A stretch of 64,000 nt of DNA from a virus, in IMG/VR virus record IMGVR_UViG_3300017788_000011, positions 1 to 64,000 of that record; one strand, written 5' to 3'. The notes under the pieces are model-generated. The model made no database searches and had not been told where the DNA came from. It worked only from the letters and a program-made list of their open reading frames with translations. This document shows, one piece after another, positions 61,601 to 64,000 of the stretch; position 1 is the first letter of the stretch; each line of letters begins with the position of its first letter. Made by a program: the position numbers and the translations under genes.

Positions 61601-63410
61601 GAAAACCTAATTCGGCGTCGTTTGACCCTGTTCCGGCTTTGTAAGTAAAAATTTTATTACCAACAAATGTTGTACCTTCGTACTTTAATTCATTGCTAAA
61701 ACTATCCCCATCAATATCATACAAATCAAATAAGGGATTTTGATTAACTGCTGTCTTCTGTTGACTGTATACCCACTGTGTTCCATTATAATGCCACATT
61801 GAGCCTTTATATGCAGTGCCATAGTTTACCAGTACACACTCCCCTTCGCTGGGTTCGGTGTCTACTTCTTCTTTTAAGGTGATCTGTTTACTACCTTGTA
61901 GATTAACAAAATCAACTTTGAAAATTCTACCATTAACCCGTTTGTCTGTATCGGCAGCAAACAGCACACGCATGCCTTTTACTAACAGTACACTATCTAC
62001 GAAATATCCCTGAGATCCTTCAATAATTGAAAATATATCAGTAGTCACTGTGTCAATTAAATCTACATTCTGCTTGGCCTGTCGACCAAAATTCAATAAC
62101 TGTACGTTTGGTTTGAATTCTATAATAGGTCTAATAGCACGAGTAGTTAAATCGATATCTGCTGGCACTCCCAGTGCTTCATAGGCTTTGTTGATGGCAT
62201 CAATGTGAAACCATCGATTGTGTCGACTCCAGGGATTTTTATCAATACTTTGTCGAGATACAGTGATATAATCTTGCTTGTCTGCTAAGGTCAGTGCCTC
62301 TGAAAAAGGTAATTTGTCAAATGGTTCGTCATCGAACAACACAATTGATTCAGAACTAAATGTTCCGGTGATTTCAAGATCTGCTTCTGCAACAAGATTA
62401 ATTTTATCCCCTACACCTTCAACATACCAAAAGCCTGTTGAATATTTTTCAGGTGTAACATTTCCAACAAATCTAACTTTCATACCGTTGGTTAGATCTA
62501 CGCCGTCGGCTGTTCTATATGTTTTCTTTCCTAAAATATCTTGATCAAGATCGAGGAATGAATTCTCAACAATATCGCTGATTTTAAAAACGCCGCCAAC
62601 GTCCACGTCCTTGGTGCTCATAAAATACAGTACGGATTCTGATCCTGCGTTGGGAGTAAATTCTATAACTCCTTGCTCGATTCCTTCAAACACTGTGTTA
62701 GTTTGATCTCCATCATAACTGATGAATCCATCCTGATCTAATGTTCGAACAGATTTAATTATTATAGGTTCCCCTGGAGAATTTACTTCGAATCTGTAGG
62801 TCTGGCCGCGATATAATCGTATTGTTGGATTTCTGGTTACTCCGTTTGGTGTTAGCACCACAGCCTTGTTGTCGCCATCGTCGACTAATGTCAATGTAAA
62901 AGTCGAAACAATTTCACGTTGCTGTCCAGCCACAGTATACACCGGAGGTCCATAGGGCAGCCAATAATAATTTCTGTAGTTAACAAATTTGTCCCAGTCG
63001 ATCTTTGGATCCCACGAATAAAATTCTTGTGCGTTGACTTTATTTTGATCTTTTTCTGCTGATCCAAAGTATTTTAACTGGTTAAGATAATCAATATAAT
63101 CTTTAAAAAAGGTTACATTATCGAACTGATCTGTGACTACTGTAGAGGAATCAAACTGGTAAAATTCTCTGTCGCTGTTGATCGCAGGAACATAGGTATC
63201 GTTGACCTTATAACTTTTTCCTACTTTTCTTCCGACATACCCGTTGCGAGATTTTACACCGCCTTTGCTGATTAATTGGTCAAGTGTAGCGTCTAAAAAC
63301 TTTTTGTTTGGTAAGGTTCTATAAAATCGAGGCAATAAGTCGCTTGACTTATTTTTTTTGCTACCTTCTCCAGGTAGATTAATTTCGTTTTGTTCGTCGC
63401 TGTATGCCAT
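49677..63410 (-). CDS. giant (4577 aa) baseplate wedge/adhesin-like structural protein
   Basis: Uninterrupted ORF; FG-GAP-like repeats, YxxGxxVxY carbohydrate-binding-like modules, xxGSGY repeats, DG[SV]xxxF repeats, EEVKPFRTQIR. Confidence 0.75.
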   Translation of the reverse strand: MAYSDEQNEINLPGEGSKKNKSSDLLPRFYRTLPNKKFLDATLDQLISKGGVKSRNGYVGRKVGKSYKVNDTYVPAINSDREFYQFDSSTVVTDQFDNVTFFKDYIDYLNQLKYFGSAEKDQNKVNAQEFYSWDPKIDWDKFVNYRNYYWLPYGPPVYTVAGQQREIVSTFTLTLVDDGDNKAVVLTPNGVTRNPTIRLYRGQTYRFEVNSPGEPIIIKSVRTLDQDGFISYDGDQTNTVFEGIEQGVIEFTPNAGSESVLYFMSTKDVDVGGVFKISDIVENSFLDLDQDILGKKTYRTADGVDLTNGMKVRFVGNVTPEKYSTGFWYVEGVGDKINLVAEADLEITGTFSSESIVLFDDEPFDKLPFSEALTLADKQDYITVSRQSIDKNPWSRHNRWFHIDAINKAYEALGVPADIDLTTRAIRPIIEFKPNVQLLNFGRQAKQNVDLIDTVTTDIFSIIEGSQGYFVDSVLLVKGMRVLFAADTDKRVNGRIFKVDFVNLQGSKQITLKEEVDTEPSEGECVLVNYGTAYKGSMWHYNGTQWVYSQQKTAVNQNPLFDLYDIDGDSFSNELKYEGTTFVGNKIFTYKAGTGSNDAELGFPLTYQNIENVGDIVFNFDLESESVSYRDVERIISVSTNTGFLKINSSRTDYTYETGWIKNENSVYQYVVKQYDVVDTTNDFKIDCFKDSSQLDLTIKVFVNGQFIDSTNYEILTDTVYKFVRFNQDLTSGNSLVIKAYSDNGIKISGYYDSPYSLKHNPLNESLDKFTLGEVVDHVQSIVENVSSFKGTYPGISNLRDLGAISKYGTRFLQHSIPLNLPLYHLCDKSANVIRALEYASSEYQKFKRAFIQEASSLALDGTVKDRVDQILNNLIKNKTESMPFRFSDMIPNGAANKITIPVVDNRVQLYPLTDTYSNTTASDKAVLVYLNDTQLIYEKDYTFTEEGFVNVTGTLAIGDILEFFEYVSTDNSFVPPTPTKLGLYPKYVPHIFTDNTYITPSSVIQGHDGSILRAYGDARDQLLLELELRIFNNIKVNYDPTIFNIFDYIPNGARTSKVSKSVIDNLLSPAFYKWVSFTDVDPTENTFYDFENRFTYNYSLSLDNDGSLLPGYWRGIFKLKFDTDRPHTHPWECLGFSIKPDWWETVYGPAPYTSDNLILWQDLEEGAVRQPGKTVQYDVRFRRPGLSSNIPVDAEGNLIDPMSANLVGNFNILTANERFAFGDIGPVETAWRRSSDYPFQFIKSVVVARPAESFSVLFDRVRQIKNLNNQFIYKDSGIRIKLNDIVTPTAWFDTAKSFCSGLVNYVCDYITSDQKSVIERYRKDLKEITNNLSYRVEGFSDKDKFKIYLDSKSPNSGSLLTLPEENYLLFLNTGSPVETLYYSGVIVEKQPAGYVIRGYNFERPVFEYFNPIVLDKDRVIRVGGISEGYSEWTANNLYVVGKIVLYQNTFYRVKVTHTATASFDTDKFVRIPELPIVGGKTAYIRTAFEDTVSRLPYGSVLKTIQDVVDFLLGYGAYLESKGFIFDKYDNNLGLIQNWKTSSQEFLFWTTQGFGAGSLLALSPAAQKLKLNYPYAVVDNVQDGFNGYSLRQQDGTLIDAETISTGRDGNEFTLTTVNTNNGIYGATLHLVQKEHVVIFDNVSEFNDILFDQKPGFRQERIKIVAYTTYPWIGSFDSPGFVYDQAKIVDWSPYNDYNVGDIVKYKQFYYTAAKFNPGKAEFDSNEWFILDSKPESQLLPNWDYKADQFRDFYDLDSTNFDKAQQQLAQHTIGYQTRDYLNQIIPSPVSQYKFYQGYIIEKGTKNSLIKFFDAVSQSNRDSLEFYEDWGVRVGQYGASQAFKEVEIQLDEKQFLINPQPFEVVSVIDNTVKDFVYRQEFDQLYIKPDDADINLWPTVDDNEIILRDTGYVQQSDVKISTYVKENLLTQSVSDLTDGDLIWIFKEDFVPNFVNSYWNIYRYTRSTLTVKQLTTKSKTIEIICDNIKDIAVGDYIALYSVPAEYELFYKIKSIELDKIVLETTLEDLKGLDVYKDITFSEDSSSIVMFKLVSARIDSIDSINDNTIDYKFTDSEKFYANSDGTGKWAVYTRKPVFTSSELVPERRTENLRFGAGFSITPDSSLIAVGSVDKEVRLYLRVRAGDPLISIQTILPVDTYADSSVPTGWSKSVAISSDGRYLAIGAPDASGFKSFYRGKFSPIQSYNAGRIVSYNQLLWKSKKFISASSTTVPGEDLTEWEITNVIPVEAYESVPGPGLYLQHQGYVSIYEKDDRGNFALSATFCSPKPDNNEYFGTELKFAGEETGEYSLLINAPGANQNQGRIYTFKFDESGDDSTFNWKLVRNSKFRGGFSPLIDYSQGDIVYYNNQVYQATQDRLGDGTSFEVADWEPAGFENIAGYLPLTVHDDITDDSTTLGYNVASVQSGDLFGASFAVSDSAELIVASAPEADQLNLENYQGVYSEQSNYQDQAEVSYNNKFYKLKEGEDITYPSGSFDNSKWEQIVAKIKQGTGKVFLYKKTTGGYQLAETISVDKIRDGLISTANYNYVNEINYYEKFGSSVDISKDGRYIAVGAARADGQYKVQGKVFIFEYVDFELTLIDVISNPLAEPNENFGYRVKFNNDATSVAITAKFGDQYVYTTFDKYGNLLEDSNDLYNSIYATDTQSEANARPTTFDRQSLNFKTTTKDAGRVYVFDRYADRFIYGESFDVPESANSDLGEKIAFTRDTVIFNAKYFNIDNRRVGKLLFFERPKNKKTYEVTSRQSPVVNSEKFVSAFLYNTVTNQKVRNIDFVDVLRGKLPGIAEQELAYKTYFDPAVYDVGTTDQQVDTTVAWDVKQVGKLWWDLTNARFYNPYQGDLLYRANVWNRLVDGASIDIYEWVESPYLPSVWDSLADTEEGLTEGVSGLSRYGDAVYSVEQRYDVISQSFRPTYYFWVKNKVLVPSVNGRTLSALNVANLIADPRAQGYKFINFIAPNAVSFINCGDILIDKQINANIRYWGIDKTDLNIHNQYQLITEGVNNFEIPKYIESKWFDSLVGLDQNNNIVPDPDLPKKLRYGILNVPRQGMFINRIEATKQFVERLNRVLINKLITDNFNLERLQQFDPVPVEKDGKYDVAVDSYEELRFVGTSNVETAKFAVELRNGRFFRITILNPGSGYKIAPRIDIVDEGGSGAVLKTEIDVQGRVTDVIIRRRGKNYTNPTLTARPFTVLVKIDSTTTGKWSLYTWDKENRLWNRIQTQRFDVTKFWSYADWYADGYNQFTKPDYQVNNTYELTFLDTNIDQVVRVKSVGSGGWLLLKKYQESESFDYTQSYQVVGRQSGTIQFNTNLYDFADGNIGYGSSLYDVEGYDLFAAIELRIILETIRDEILISDLRKEYNNLFFTSVRYVLSEQTLVDWVFKTSLVTAIHNLGELDQPPTYKTSSLEAYQGYVEEVKPFRTQIREYISLYESFDNTQSAVTDFDLPSYVENKSAQPVDVKVSSTGELISSSNVILEYPWRSWFENYGFYIKDIVITDGGSGYISAPIVRFEGGFGQGATAKAYISSGRVFKIEITNPGSGYVSAPTIILDGGLREDGVSARVSAVIENDVIRSNTIGLKFDRITSSYDFVEVNKVEEFSGFGNRVQFALIWPIDLTQDSYTVKINGIAVLKTDYAVFNKTDSSGNYTKKYGVVQFEIAPATGATIEVSYKIDLNFMSAADRIYHAYQTAPGKLGKDLGQLMKGVDYGGVEVTSIPLTLLGGFDSDAWESEQWDDYDETFDDYIVTVDDSTYEFTLPYTPAAGVVLNIYKNGQRLDDPNFGTEDQTNIEAVMSSIVCDGITKTFVLPNLTDNPPLEINNGDEIIFRKTTSDGSRLPSETSYDTQLSGGDLAYNTASGFSPSDISLDGDGFVTPNTSHAPEEIVPGHVFDTLSIKVQDNVSVANSKIILKTINADGVSFRFLIGQKPTTENSVMVKLDNDLLKLGQDYNINFYDSTITFLTVPPEGSIISIWSFDFSGLSIYDNNFFIGDGSTREFITQAPYTDTQNVLVIVDGVQYNAEIFETDSSYATEGLLGIRFIVLPAANSVLKYVVYDGPDQEISIASLQEIRYVPPLMDYLLTNPMGESLPYDGKILVKKGNTVLKGPDSYEFTITADNYSYRIESQKYAPFSFDPTTISVFVNGDKKDYGIDFSVDFGLNRVTMNVTAVSVGDIVTIIINKDLDYEVTGTNPGNVYLKIKNSSLLAYGDTIEVLSFYNHNSQNILRYRNTFVTSTIVQETVQYYLFSQFKGGLVKLQRAVTDISAAWIMLNRTLLTPNVDYILLDSITVKLNPTIQIDQTDTVDVMQFDDRKSSTIPISFVKFKDILNRNSYYRLNYKFTQLASDLRPFDRVIEVIDGAVLDEPSRAKNKPGVIEIAGERVEYFVKNGNFLSQIRRGTLGTGVKDVHLSGQVINNIGISETVPYGDNTEVYEFVSDGSTLEFTLPFVPVKTAIADWYRDTIPLTHGQCNQVDVFAAGRHLRKSPLVRYDKAVGPDFESDTIQVEAEFSVDGVNYGTISAPEGRIRLTSAIPAGTKVVVTRKVGQMWQNSGQQLTESITKPALFLRRGG

Positions 63411-63419
63411 ATTTTAAAA

Positions 63420-64000
63420 TTATGATGTAAACGGTGCGCTGGTTATTACGCCTGAGGTAGAGGAAACGGTGTTAGCAACTTCAATGTTACTGAGGATTGT
63501 AGTTCCTGTTAAGTTATCAACTATCTCAATATCATCTACTGTGGCTGAACTTACAAATATTTCGTCAGGATTAGATAAAATTTCAAATAGTCCGCCAAAG
63601 GGCTGATTGGTTTGTTTTGGAACTATTACAAAGTTAACTATTCTGGGACTTAGTTGCTGTACAACATAAGAACTTAATTCAGAGAAATAAAATGTTTCTC
63701 CAAAGTCCCAATTGTCTATGGTAAAAAATTGATTAATTGCTTGAACAATTGCTGTTTTAATCTCATTGTCACTGATAACTAAATCTTTGTTTTTTACAAC
63801 CTTAAATGTAGCTCTTAATGCTGGATCTGCTTTGGCGCCAAACAAGGGTTTGTATTTTGCAGGATTGTAAACAATTTCATCGCTGATAGATTTAATGTTG
63901 TTTAATTTTTGTCCGAACTGAATGTACAACTCATCAACACCCGGTGGTAAAGGTTTAGTAGTAACGGCGTTGGCTAACCATCTGCGATATTCGAGATCAT
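63420..64000 (-). CDS. C-terminal part of a baseplate wedge subunit (gp6-like), truncated by window edge
   Basis: Frame open to the window end; NWDFGETFYFSEL, PDEIFVS. Confidence 0.6.
   Translation of the reverse strand, partial: DLEYRRWLANAVTTKPLPPGVDELYIQFGQKLNNIKSISDEIVYNPAKYKPLFGAKADPALRATFKVVKNKDLVISDNEIKTAIVQAINQFFTIDNWDFGETFYFSELSSYVVQQLSPRIVNFVIVPKQTNQPFGGLFEILSNPDEIFVSSATVDDIEIVDNLTGTTILSNIEVANTVSSTSGVITSAPFTS

Noticed and set aside
426-62544. Numerous 60-190 aa antisense or alternate-frame ORFs in the track (e.g. 6654-7133, 10247-10789, 22387-22848, 29154-29717, 47521-47916)
   Set aside because: They lie within well-supported genes, lack recognisable motifs and look like shadow ORFs
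1-64000. Alternative genetic code (stop codon reassignment)
   Set aside because: Genes are full length in the standard code, including a 13.7-kb ORF; TAA, TGA and TAG all end genes; only one internal stop was seen

Overview
AT-rich window from a large T4-like (jumbo myovirus-type) phage genome using the standard genetic code. I saw no tRNA, rRNA, CRISPR array, integrase or transposase. Four modules: (1) 1-11.3 kb, plus strand: putative head-packaged proteins with T4 internal-protein-like N-terminal leaders (MxxxE[FIL]xE) and many internal [LIV]xE sites, including a KWDG ligase-like protein, a HIGH-family nucleotidyltransferase, a ParB-like module broken by an in-frame TAA, peptidoglycan-binding proteins and two muralytic enzymes, plus a GC-rich structured intergenic RNA candidate. 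(2) 11.3-36.2 kb, plus strand: replication and nucleotide metabolism under near-consensus sigma70 promoters, with DsbA-like protein, family B DNA polymerase (preceded by a tandem covarying hairpin/pseudoknot), UDP-sugar dehydrogenase, sliding clamp, a 7-deazaguanine set (TGT/DpdA-like, QueD-fold DpdL-like, FolE, QueE) with an adjacent glycosyltransferase, ThyX, PRTase, HIT, CDGSH protein, RNase H-like 5'-3' exonuclease, MoxR AAA+/VWA pair and a methyltransferase. (3) 36.2-42.5 kb: four glycosyltransferase-like genes and two convergent radical SAM genes, one with its SPASM-like domain at the N-terminus. (4) 42.5-64 kb, minus strand: tail fibre paralogs and baseplate genes, including a 4577-aa protein. 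Best novelty candidates: possibly glycosylated deazaguanine DNA modification; protease-processed polyprotein capsid cargo with DNA-conserved module junctions; the permuted radical SAM/glycosyltransferase locus; two unannotated RNA structures. All protein calls are motif-based by eye; no database search was run.
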